From the NCBI RefSeq assembly GCF_016835505.1, contig NC_053155.1, positions 74,660,088 through 74,724,087 on the forward strand: DNA of 64,000 bases, given 5' to 3'. Positions 24,945-35,622 of the stretch are shown piece by piece (positions within the stretch are counted from its first letter, which is position 1; every line of letters begins with the position of its first letter). This DNA comes from Polypterus senegalus (lineage: Eukaryota). Both the position numbers and the translations under genes were made by a program. Under the pieces are notes generated by a model. That model ran no database searches. It was given only the letters and a program-made list of their open reading frames with translations, and was not told the origin of the DNA.

Positions 24945-27100
24945 TTGCCCTACAATTTATTTGCGTATAGCCCAAAATCACACAAGGAGTGCCACAATGG
25001 GCTTTTACAGGGCCTGTCTTTTGACAGGCACCCAGCCTTGACTCTCTTAAGAAGACTAAAAGAAAAAACTCAAAAAAACCCTTATAGGGGAAAAAAATAC
25101 AAGAAACCTTGGGAAAGGCAATTCAGAGAGAGTCAAAAAAGGGAGTAAATACAATACAATACACAGAACAGAACACAGTAATCCTCAATACAATACATTA
25201 GCACAATAGTAATATCACTAGTACAGAGCAAAATGAAGGAGTAGATGATATCAGATAATGCAATTCAGATTTGTTCAGAGTCCTGGAGGCCTCGGCCATC
25301 AAGCTGCCTCCCTGCCACTGGCCAATCCACAACTGAGTCAGTGGCGGGCCAGCCAGTCTGATGAAGGCCCCTTCTACCCTATGATTCCAGTGCATCTCTG
25401 TCAGAGATGACTTTTCCTTACGTAGGCAAACAACTTGGCAGTAGGGCAGTGGCAGCAAGTGCCACATTTGAGTTCCAAGAAGAGAAACAGAATGGGTGAA
25501 GTTTAGTAACAAATTATAACTATAATATTCCTTATGTTTTAGTGCTAATGACTAACAAAAGAGATGGGGTATGCACAGTTAATTAGCAGTTGTAGTCTGG
25601 GTATGCTAAATGGAATTGAGTGTTTAGCCAGGACTTGAAAGTATAGTAGCAGGCAGACCATCCCACAGTATAGGGACCCTGTAATTAAAAGCGTGACCTC
25701 CCACTGTTATTTTATTAATCTTTGGAGTCACAAGCAGACCAGCACCTTGAGATCTTAATGTGCGTTCTGGTTTGTAAGTAGTGATAAGTTCGAATAAGTA
25801 AGCTAGACCTTTGGGATTTAAAGTTTTATATGTTAAAAGTAGGATTTTGAAACCTGCCCTTAACTTAACTGGGAGCCAGTGTAAGGATTTAATGTGTTTG
25901 TATTTTCTTGTTCTTGTAATAATTATTTCAGCAGCATTTTAGATTATCTGGAAGCTGTATAAAGAACAATTTGAACATCTATTGAACACTGCATTACAGT
26001 AGCCAATCCTACTAGAAACAAATGTTTGACTTAAGTATCCTGCATATTTAGAAAATGCCTTAATTACCCAACATTTTTAAGATGGAAGAAACTTGTTTTG
26101 GACAGTTTTGTAATGTGCGCTTCAAATGACATAATAGAGTCAAAGATAACACCTAGATTGCAGACTGATTCAGTTAAAGAACGTCAAAATACTGTTGCGA
26201 TCAGCATCATTCCCTCCAATAATTAACAACTCCGTTTTATCTGTGTTTAAAGACATGTAGTTTTCATCCATCTACTCCTTTAATTCACTAACACAAATAA
26301 TTGAAGACAAAATCAGAGAAACTTAATTTGGCCTAAAAGAAAGGTATAAGTGGGTGTCATTTGCATATGAGTGAAGATTAACATTATGTTTTCTAATGAT
26401 TGATCTCAGTGGAAGCATGTAAAGTGAAATCAGTAAATGTACCTAGCCTTGCTGGATGCCATATCTCACTTCTGTGTATAACGATGGAATACTGTCAGCA
26501 CATTTCTGTACATACTAGAATCAATTTCATAAATAAAAACTAAACCAGGCAAGGACTTTGTCTGTGAGCCCAGTGTCATTTTCCAGTGTGTATGGTAAAA
26601 TAGAATTGTGAATAGTGTCAAATGCTGTGCTTAAGTCTAACAACATAATTACAATGGAGTTTCCTTCATCAGATGATATCAGAATGTCATTTATAACACG
26701 CATTTGTGCCATTTCTCTACTTTGACCAGTGCGGAAGCCACACTGGAATTTCTCAAATAAACTGAAGCAGATTAGTGACTATTTTTTCATGTATTTTATA
26801 GAGAAAGGACAAATTTAATATGGGTCTATACTTATACTATACATATTATAATTTGATGTTAATTGATCTAAATTGTTTTCCATGTTCCACATTTACATTT
26901 GATGTTAACTGATCTGAATGGTTTTCTACAATTACACTTGACTTACTCAAAGTATCTGTAAATCGTGAAGCAGAATTACAATCTAGATGTTGCACTCCCT
27001 TAGTGTTTTGGTAAGGGCAAAACCAAATAAAATATAATTAAGTAGTGATCAGAAATAACTTTATTTAATGGAGTAATATTTAAATTTTGAACTTCAACTT
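24945..27100 (-). mobile_element. LINE family B, 5'-truncated and degenerate copy, with the 3' end at 24945
   Basis: It is colinear at nucleotide level with 60370-62900. For example caatttatttgcgtatagcccaaaatcacacaaggagtgccacaatgggc matches cagtttatttttgtatagcccaaaatcacacaggaagtgccgcaatgggc. The RT remnant ORF 26527-26712 (-) has MLLDLSTAFDTI. Confidence 0.8.
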
Positions 27101-27552
27101 TAGTACTAGGGTGTTGTGCCGTGTTAGCCATAATGAATGTAGTGACAAGTTAAGCAAAATGACTGAGGAGTCAAAATGAGTGAGGAGGGCCCTGTCCTCC
27201 TCCCTGCAGCCCAATGAGTCTCTTTCAGATTCACGCTAATAAATTGGTACCGCAAGCGAACTATGATACTTACCACAATGAGAAAGTCGCAAAATCAACG
27301 GAATGTTCAAGCAAATTATAGGGAAAAACCCGATCTAAATGTGTTAAGTAGTTCTCTCCTGAAAAGCAGACAGACATACAAACAGCTCTAAAAAACTATA
27401 AGAAATTTTGCTCTTGGACCACAAAATTTTTAAAACCGTTTTTTAGCGAGCACCTATGGGCCAAGGTTAACCTACATTCCAAATTTCACGTCCCAAGTCC
27501 TCAAGGTTCAGGAGATTTCATGATGAGTGAATCAGTGGTATTTGGCTTTTAC

Positions 27553-29095
27553 AGTGCATCCAGAAAGTATTCACAGCGCATCACTTTTTCCACATTTTAT
27601 TATGTTACAGCTTTATTCCAAAATGGTTTAAATTCATTTGTTTCCTCAGAATTCTACACACAACACCCCGTAATGACGTGAAAAATGTTTACTTGAGATT
27701 TTTGCAAATTTATTAAAAATAAAGAAATTGAGAAAGCACATGTACATAAGTATTCACAGCCTTTGCCATGATTTGATGTTTCCCCTGATCATCCTTGAGA
27801 TGTTTCTGCAGCTTAATTGGAGTCCACCTGTGGTAAATTTAGTTGATTGGACATGATTTGGAAAGGCACACACCTGTCTATATAAGGTCCAGTTGACAGT
27901 TGATAGTTCATGTCAGAGCACAAACCAAGCATGAAGTCAAAGGAATTGTCTGTAGACCTCTGAGACAGGATTGTCTCGAGGCACAAATCTGGGGAAGGTT
28001 ACAGAAAAATTGCTGCTGCTTTGAAGGTCCCAATGAGCACAGTGGCCTCTATCATCTGTAAGTGGAAGAAGTTCGAAACCACCAGGACTCTTTCTAGAGC
28101 TGGCCGGCCATCTACACTGAGCGATCAGGGGAGAAGGGCCTTAGTCAGGGAGGTGACCAAGAACCCAATGGTCAACCCGAAGGACAACCATCTCTGCAGC
28201 AATCAACCAATCAGTTCTGTATGGTAGAGTGGACAGACTGAAGCCACTCCTTAGTAAAAGGCACATGACAGCCCATCTGGAGTTTGCCAAAAGGCACCTG
28301 AAGGACTCTCAAATCATGAGAAACAAAATTCTCTGGTCTGATGAGACAAAGATTGAACTCTTTGGTGTGAATGCCAGGCATCACGTTTGGATCACCAGGC
28401 CAATACCATCCCTACAGAGAAGCATGGTGGTGGCAGCATCATGCTGTGGGGATGTTTTTCAGCAGCAGGAACTGGGAGACTAGTAAAGATGACTGCAGCA
28501 ATGTACAGAGACATCCTGGATGAAAACCTGCTCCAGAGCGCTCTTGACCTCAGACTGGGGCGACGGTTCATCTTTCAGCAGGACAACGACCCTAAGCACA
28601 CAGCCAAGATATCAAAGGAGTGGCTTCAGGACAACTCTGTGAATGTCTTTGAGTGGCCCAGCCAGAGCCAAGACTTGAATCTGACTGAACATCTCTGGAG
28701 AGATCTTAAAATGGCTGTGCACCAATGCTTCCCCTCCAACCTGATGGAGCTTAAGAGGTGCTGCAAAGAGGAATGGGCGAAACTGGCCAAGGGTAGGTGT
28801 GCCAAGCTTGTGGCATCATATTCAAAAAGACTTGAGGCCGTAATTGCTGCCAAAGGTGCATCGACAAAGTATTGAGCAAAGGCTGTGAATACTTATGTAC
28901 ATGTGATTTCTCAGTTTTTTTATTTTTAATAAATTTGCAAAAACCTTAAGTAAACTTTTTTCACATTGTCATTATGGGGTGTTGTGTGTAGAATTCTGAG
29001 GAGAAAAATGAATTTAATCCATTTTGGAATAAGGCTGTAACATAACAAAATGTGGAAAAAGTGATGCGCTCTGAATGCTTTCCGGATGCACTGTA
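27553..29095 (+). mobile_element. Tc1/mariner transposon (family B), copy 1; the transposase is frameshifted and treated as a pseudogene
   Basis: The TIRs are CAGTGCATCCAGAAAGTATTCACAG... (27553-) and ...CTGTGAATGCTTTCCGGATGCACTGTATATG (-29095). The transposase is split across ORFs 28021-28227, 28229-28483 and 28387-28875 (HGGGSIMLWGCF...DNDPKHTAK...). Confidence 0.9.
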
Positions 29096-29400
29096 TATGT
29101 ATAGATTTACTTATTTGTTTTATTTCATATTGCTTACATCACCTACTATTCAACACAAAATGTATGCATATAAAAATTTCTTTCAAGGGCTAGTTTATTA
29201 AAAATGTTATGTTTATAGAATGACAGTAGCATTCACAGACTTTCAAGCAGCACTTTTCCTGGGCTGGGGCCTGCACTTCTATGTACATGTATTTTAAAGC
29301 TGTTTATTGCCTTGTGATATAGTGTCTCATACAGAAGACTTGTAGTAAAAGCTTTGTTTACTTCTAATATGTATAATGTTTTTGTTTTTATCTTTTTTAG

Positions 29401-29444
29401 GACACATTAGAGAAAGTTAAAGTTAGTGAATTTCAGAAGGAAGG
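29401..29444 (+). CDS. PARP4: PARP4 micro-exon; encodes DTLEKVKVSEFQKE(G)
   Basis: AG at 29399-29400 and consensus donor GTAAGT at 29445-29450, leaving phase 2. Aligns with human DTVEKICIKEIGTKQ. Confidence 0.8.
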
Positions 29445-30400
29445 GTAAGTATATTTATTATACACTGATTCCCTGAGACTCTGAAATAGGTAAGGAGGCT
29501 AGTTGGCAGATGGATAATACTTTTTCATGAGGCCTTGATTGATTATAAAAACAACTTGCTTGATTCTCATAGCATTTTTGACTTATCTAAAAAAAAATCT
29601 TTGTGTCTGAAGTTAGTCATCTGGTTTCATCTTCAAAATCCTCTTTATTCCTATTTGCCCGTTACACTGAAGTCTTTTTTCACTCAGTGTAACAATATAG
29701 TTTTTAGTAAATTGCACATTTTCTTGAAACAAGAATAAAAAAATGCAATCACAGTATTATATAAGCGAAATTATAGAGTACAGAATGGAAGACTTATGTA
29801 AGCTTTCCATTTTCTTGGGAGGCTTAAGCCAAGATCATTTGAGTGCCCTTTTCCCAAAAACATCTATTGTTCAGTTTGTGCATTGTTTTTCTTAAATTTG
29901 TTACATTTTAAGTAGCATGTTCTATTCTCAGTACCCTCCATTAGAAAGAGAAAATGAAACAAACCATTAGGTATGCATCTCCAGGTCCCAGTTACATGTA
30001 ATGGCTTCAGCTTGACCTCACTGACAAGTTGTACAACTGAAATGGCTGTAATGGATCCCTATATGTACAGTACTGTATGTTCAGTTCATAGGACCAATAG
30101 ATCGTCTCTAACATCCAGTGCCAAAAAATAAAAATGGGAAACGAGCTGGCCAGCTTTTTTATTTAATCTGTACAGCAGATATAGCAATTCTGTATTTTTG
30201 ATTACTGTTTAACAGTATTTGTTAAAAATATGTTATTACTTATGTCTAAAGTACAAAGTATATTATATATGCTAACAGTATATGCAGTATATACATAATA
30301 AATGTAATGTTTATATCCTATTAAATTCTGAAACCATCTGATGTTGTTAAATGTGTGTATTAAAAAAATAATATTGAATCATATTATTTTGTCTTTCAAG

Positions 30401-30482
30401 GGGGTTTATGTTGGATATGTCTGTTGAAATGCCATATGAAATCCAAGAGATCTGGTCTGAAACACACAATATTGATCTTAAG
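30401..30482 (+). CDS. PARP4: PARP4 exon; encodes (G)GFMLDMSVEMPYEIQEIWSETHNIDLK
   Basis: AG at 30399-30400 and GT at 30483-30484. Aligns with human SFSLTMSIEMPYVIEFIFSDTHELKQ. Confidence 0.85.
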
Positions 30483-30994
30483 GTATTGTATATAGTATCA
30501 ATTAACTTTACAGAACCTACTGCTTGACTGCATTTTTGTTTTTGTAGGCACTAAATGAATGGAACTAAACTTATTTACTCTTTATAAATTCTATGTACAT
30601 TCTAAGATTTTCTTTCTTGGAAAAAAATAAGTCTGAATTCTTCCTAATACTGAGATTTTTGGGTTAAAAATACAGTTTATTGCACAATTTTAGCACTTAG
30701 AAAGAATTTAGTAATAAAACAAAAATATAATAGTGTGCTGTCAATGTTTGATGATATGGATTAATTTTGAACCACTTTATTTTCGGTACACTTTTATTTA
30801 CCGTAGCACATTTGAAATTTGCATCATACTACTGCCTGTAATTTTGTCAATTTTAAATACAGAATGTCAAACACTCACACATATAAACATGTTCACATTA
30901 AGATTCCACCCTTTTAAAAATTTTCTTTCTGTCTAGTTGCTTTGCTGAAAGAGGAAATTATATCAGAACCAAATGTTTGTTCTTTACTTTTCAG

Positions 30995-31132
30995 AAAACA
31001 GAGTGTAAAGCTGTCATTAGAACCAAGGAGGGCAGTTCTTTAGGATCTGATGGTTTCAGCCTCAGTGTTCGCTTGTCTGAATTATACCTGCCTAGGATGT
31101 GGGTGGAGAAGCACCCAGACAAAGAGAGTCAG
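30995..31132 (+). CDS. PARP4: PARP4 exon; encodes KTECKAVIRTKEGSSLGSDGFSLSVRLSELYLPRMWVEKHPDKESQ
   Basis: AG at 30993-30994 and GT at 31133-31134. Aligns with human KRTDCKAVISTMEGSSLDSSGFSLHIGLSAAYLPRMWVEKHPEKESE. Confidence 0.9.
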
Positions 31133-31602
31133 GTAAAGCTAAAGAAAGGTCAGGAATGTATTTTGGTAATGCTTCACTTAACACATGCTGTGACAGTAGC
31201 AGAAAAAGACAAACGAAAATATGTTTTTTTTTTTATATTTATACTACAAGAATAGGATATTCAATGCTGTTCACTTAACTTTTGCAAAAAATCCAGTCAA
31301 GATAATCGTCAAAGTACTACTGTTTACAATACTGCTTTTTAACTGTTTGCATATGTTATTGGTACTCTGTGTGAAGAAAACCTACTAACCTTTAACCAGC
31401 TCCCTGATTTGTTCATAACAATGTCATATACCTCAATTTATTTTTTCATATTTTAAATACTTATTTCATTTTGTCTCTTTGTAAATATTCCTAGTTTTAG
31501 TTTTTATATATTGTATATACTCCAAAACATGGCGAAACATATTATCCCCATGATTAAATTACTTCTACCCATTGATTATAATAGAATATATTTTGAAATA
31601 CT

Positions 31603-33024
31603 ACAGTGCATCTGGAAAGTATTCACAGTACATCACTTTTTCCACATTTTGTTATGTTACAACTTTATTCCAAAATGGATTAAATTCATTTTTTTCCTCA
31701 GAATTCTACAAATAACACCCCATAATGACAACATTAAAAAAGTTTACTTGAGGTTTTTGCAAGTTTATTAAAAATAAAAAAACTGAGAAATCACATGTAC
31801 TGTACATAAGTATTCACAGCCTTTGCTCAATACTTTGTCGATGCACCTTTGGCCGCAATTACGGCCTCAAGTCTTTTTGAATATGATGCCAGAAACTTGG
31901 CACACCTATCCTTGGCCAGTTTCGCCCATTCCTCTTTGCAGCACCTCTTAAGCTCCATCAGGTTGGAGGGGAAGCATTGGTGCACAGCCATTTTAAGATC
32001 TCTCCAGAGATGTTCAGTCAGATTCAAGTCTTGGCTCTGGCTGGGCCACTCAAAGACATTCACAGAGTTGTCCTGAAGCCACTCCTTTGATATCTTGGCT
32101 GTGTGCTTAGGGTCGTTGTCCTGCTGAAAGATGAACCGTCGCCCCAGTCTGAGGTCAAGAGCGCTCTGGAGCAGGTTTTCATCCAGGATGTCTCTGTACA
32201 TTGCTGCAGTCATCTTTCTCTTTATCCTGACTAGTCTCCCAGTTCCTGCTGCTGAAAAACATCCCCACAGCATGATGCTGCCACTACCATGCTTCACTGT
32301 AGGGATGGTATTGGCCTGGTGATGAGCGGTGCCTGGTTTCCTCCAAACGTGACGCCTGGCATTCACACCAAAGAGTTCAATCTTTGTCTCTTCAGACCAG
32401 AGAATTTTGTTTCTCATGGTCTGAGAGTCCTTCAGGTGCCTTTTGGCAAACTCCAGGCAGGCTGCCATGTGCCATTTACTAAGGAGTGGCTTCCGTCTGG
32501 CCACTCTACCATACAGGCCTGATTGGTGGATTGCTGCAGAGATGATTGTCCTTCTGGAAGGTTCTGCTTTCTCCACAGAGGACCTCTGGAGCTCTGACAG
32601 AGTGACCATCGGTTTCTTGGTCACCTCCCTGACTAAGGTCCTTCTCCCCTGATCGCCAGCTCTAGGAAGAGTCCTGATGGTTTCGAACTTCTTCCACTTA
32701 CGGATGATGGAGGCCACTGTGCTCATTGGGACCTTCAAAGCAGCAGAAATATTTCTGTAACCTTCCCCACAAACCTTTGACTTCATGCTTGGTTTGTGCT
32801 CTGACATGAACTGTCAACTGTGGGACCTTATATAGACAGGTGTGTGCCTGTGAATACTTATGTACATGTGATTTCTCAGTTTTTTATATTTTTAATAAAT
32901 TTGGAAAAACCTCAAGCAAACTTTTTTCACTTTGTCATTATGGGGTGTTGTGTGTAGAATTCTGAGTAAAAAAATGAATTTAAAAACTGATGCGCTGTGA
33001 ATACTTTCCGGATGCACTGTATAT
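31603..33024 (-). mobile_element. Tc1/mariner transposon (family B), copy 2, in inverted orientation relative to copy 1
   Basis: The TIRs are CAGTGCATCTGGAAAGTATTCACAG (31604-) and ...GTGAATACTTTCCGGATGCACTGTATATG (-33024). It is more than 90% identical to copy 1 across the TIRs and transposase. Confidence 0.9.
31827..32807 (-). CDS. Tc1-family DD34E transposase ORF of 326 aa, open but with in-frame deletions relative to copy 1
   Basis: The uninterrupted ORF reads MSEHKPSMKSKVCGEGYRNISAALKVPMSTVASIIRKWKKFETIRTLPRAGDQGRRTLVREV...HGSGSIMLWGCF...[12 protein letters not shown]...EWPSQSQDLNLTEHLW.... It lacks the ELSVDLRDRIVSRHKS-like segment and RPSTLS that are present in copy 1. Confidence 0.85.
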   Translation of the reverse strand: MSEHKPSMKSKVCGEGYRNISAALKVPMSTVASIIRKWKKFETIRTLPRAGDQGRRTLVREVTKKPMVTLSELQRSSVEKAEPSRRTIISAAIHQSGLYGRVARRKPLLSKWHMAACLEFAKRHLKDSQTMRNKILWSEETKIELFGVNARRHVWRKPGTAHHQANTIPTVKHGSGSIMLWGCFSAAGTGRLVRIKRKMTAAMYRDILDENLLQSALDLRLGRRFIFQQDNDPKHTAKISKEWLQDNSVNVFEWPSQSQDLNLTEHLWRDLKMAVHQCFPSNLMELKRCCKEEWAKLAKDRCAKFLASYSKRLEAVIAAKGASTKY

Positions 33025-34039
33025 GTGCTAAAGAGACAAATTTCTATTCTGTGGTTAAAAACTATAGTTAACTGCTTAAGTTAAATGTTAAGTTGTTCAG
33101 ACAGTCTTCAGTGAGCTGATATTAAACTGTGACCTTTTAACTGCAAAGATGTTCCATTCATAGAGCAAAAGCAATGGGACTCTGTTTTATATTTTGATTT
33201 ATAATATATATACTAATAAAAGGCAAAGCCCTCACTGACTGACTCACTGACTCATCACTAATTCTCAGAGTTCCCGTGTGGGTAGAAGGCTGAAATTTGG
33301 CAGGCTCATTCCTTACAGCTTACTTACAAAAGTTGGGCAGGTTTCATTTCGAAATTCTATGCGTAATGGTCATAACTGGAAGCTATTTTTCTCCATTTAC
33401 TGTAATGGAGTTGAGCTGGATGGCCGTGGGGGGCTGAGTTTCGTGTGACATCATCACGCCTCCCACGTAATCACGTGAACTGACTATCAACGCAGTACGT
33501 AGAAAACCAGGAAGTGCTCCAAAAAGCGCTAAAGAAAACATGCATTATATAATTGAGAAGGCAGCGAAACAATAAGAAGCGAGCGACTGACATTTACAAC
33601 CATATTCATGAGTGCTGCTACTTCGGAAACAAAGCACGGTGTAAACCTAAAGTTTAAATTAAGTTCATAGACACGCTGCCGCTGGCGTTTGTCATGCCCA
33701 CAGCTAATGCGGGATACAAGTTTAATGAGAGGACGCAGGATATAAACGAGTTTTGATCACTTTGTAATTAAGTTAAAATTGCAGGTTAAAGGCTGTATTT
33801 ATGCAAATTCCGAGAGACTGTGTTTGTGGGGGATTGACAGTTAAGGTGGGTGGGGGAGTCACATCATCATCTCCCCTCCCATTCACCTCATTTGGTGAAG
33901 GACTGTGCTTATGCAGACGAAGATGAGATGGTCAGGGTGGTGTTTGGCAGAAACTGTGCACAGACAAAATGTCAACTCGATCTGAATTGCGCGATCACAT
34001 TCGAAAGCATACATCTTTTCAACTTCTATTTAATCAACA

Positions 34040-34830
34040 CTTAGCATATTCATATGTAAGGCTGCTGCGCAACTCAGCACACCTCCCATGTAATTGACTG
34101 CCTGCCCATATAAGGCCGTTCTTCGCTGTGGCGTGTTCATTCATTTCCTTGCTTTGCCAAAGAAGCAGCCTTTTCATAGGTTCTCCATTGTTTTAGCATA
34201 TGCATAGGTGCAGCTGCTGTGGAAATCAGCACGCCTCCCATATAATTGACTACCTGCCCATATAAGGCCATTCTTCGCTGCGGTGTCTTCATTCGTTTCG
34301 TTGCTTGAACAAGGAAGCAGCGTTCTCACAGCTTCTGCGCTGTTTTATAAACAAACGACATATATTTTTCCTTGCTTCGCCAACGAGGCAACCTTTTTAT
34401 TTAATCCACGGGTTCTGCGCTGTTTTATTGTTCATTTGTTACGATTGTTATACTTATTGTGTACGTATTTTACACTTAGTTTACTGTTCAAGTACCCATT
34501 TCCTTTATTTAATCCGCGGCTTTTCTGCTATTGTTTTGTTCGTTTATTACGTTTATGCTTATTTCATTCACTTTCTTTGCCTGACTGCCTGCCCATAGTA
34601 GGCGCTTAGCAGTTTTTTTGTGAAGCAGCTTTCTCACAGCTTCTGCACTGTTTTATAAATGAACGACATATAAGAAAGTCCTTTTCCTTGCTTCGCCAAC
34701 GAGGCAACCTTTTTATTTAATCCACGGGCTCTGCGCTGTTTTATTGTTCATCTGTTATGATTGTTATAGTTATTGTGTAGATATTTTATACTTTTTTTAC
34801 TGATCAAGTACCCATTCCCTTTATTCTTCC
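34040..34830. repeat. Tandem repeat of about 2.7 units of roughly 270 bp (...cctcccatataattgactacctgcccatataaggcc...ccttgcttcgccaacgaggcaacctttttatttaatccacggg(t/c)tctgcgctgttttattgttcat...)
   Basis: Direct repetition is visible at 34040-34150, 34205-34520 and 34560-34830, with about 90% identity between the second and third units. Confidence 0.85.
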
Positions 34831-34848
34831 AACTGTATCCCTATTAAA

Positions 34849-35622
34849 ATGTCTATTGACGTAATCACCATCAATCAAAGAACTATCACTTACCGAGTGT
34901 TGTCCATGCCCAGAGATGGCGCCTGCCTTTTCCATTCTCTGTGTTACATATTGCATGGCCATATCAGGTTCACTCTTGATATCCAGAGGAACATTGTCTC
35001 TTATGTATTGAATGACTGGGACAGGTTCAAGGTGTGGACTGATGATGGTACAGGAGATAATTATACTGCACAGGAGCACTAGAAGAGTGAAATGCTTAAG
35101 CCCTTCACCTATGGTTCTGCATGTGAGTTGATGGCTGCCGCTGAATTGTTCGGTTGTCGCTTTCAAGTGTACCGAAATGGCCAAATATTTTACACCTTTC
35201 GACAACTGCCAGTGCCTCTTAAACATCTTAGACTCACAGGTGACGATTTCAGTAGTGGACACTTTGATGTTTTTGAATGTTTAAACTCTCAAAAGCTGGA
35301 TGTGAAGTTATCGATGAAACCGGTTGTATGCTTACAACGCTTAACAGATGCCGAATGTCACTTCAACACAAGTCCTACAAATACTGTCGTAATTGAAACA
35401 AACCATGAAACTCAAACGATTATGACAGCAGCAATCCAAGCTGTGAGATTTGAAACAAGATTACTGTTCACATGGCCTACTGTACGTTGCATGCTCAAGA
35501 GTAAGCTCAGCGTACAGCTTGGTCATATTACAACTTGGAGGGCCAAACTCAAAATGTGGTATACAAAGAGATCCTTAACAAATAATTATTGGTATATTTT
35601 CCCTCAGTTTAAAAAGGTTTAA
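34849..35622 (+). CDS. OTU-like cysteine protease ORF (Cys box ...PRDGACLFHSL..., His box ...SSGHFDVF...), interrupted by one in-frame TAG at 35083-35085
   Basis: ORF 34849-35082 and ORF 35092-35622 are in the same frame and separated only by a TAG. The combined translation has OTU hallmarks: DGxCLF(H)SL, then ...YGSACELMAAAELFGCRFQVY (the W/GG..E..A.S...I.V region), then GHFD. Confidence 0.6.

Noticed and set aside
28626-28853. Antisense ORFs of 75 aa inside both Tc1 family B copies, here and at 31849-32076
   Set aside because: They mirror the transposase frame on the opposite strand and are present identically in both copies only because the copies are homologous. There is no domain signal.
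34283-34609. Two overlapping + strand ORFs of 97 and 108 aa inside the 270-bp tandem array
   Set aside because: Their repetitive, low-complexity translations arise from the tandem repeats and are not coding.
34040-34830. Possibility that the tandem array is a CRISPR-like array
   Set aside because: This is a eukaryotic genome. The units are about 270 bp with no short repeat and spacer organisation.
34804-35262. Minus-strand ORF of 152 aa overlapping the OTU ORF
   Set aside because: It is antisense to a frame with clear OTU motifs and has no recognisable features of its own.
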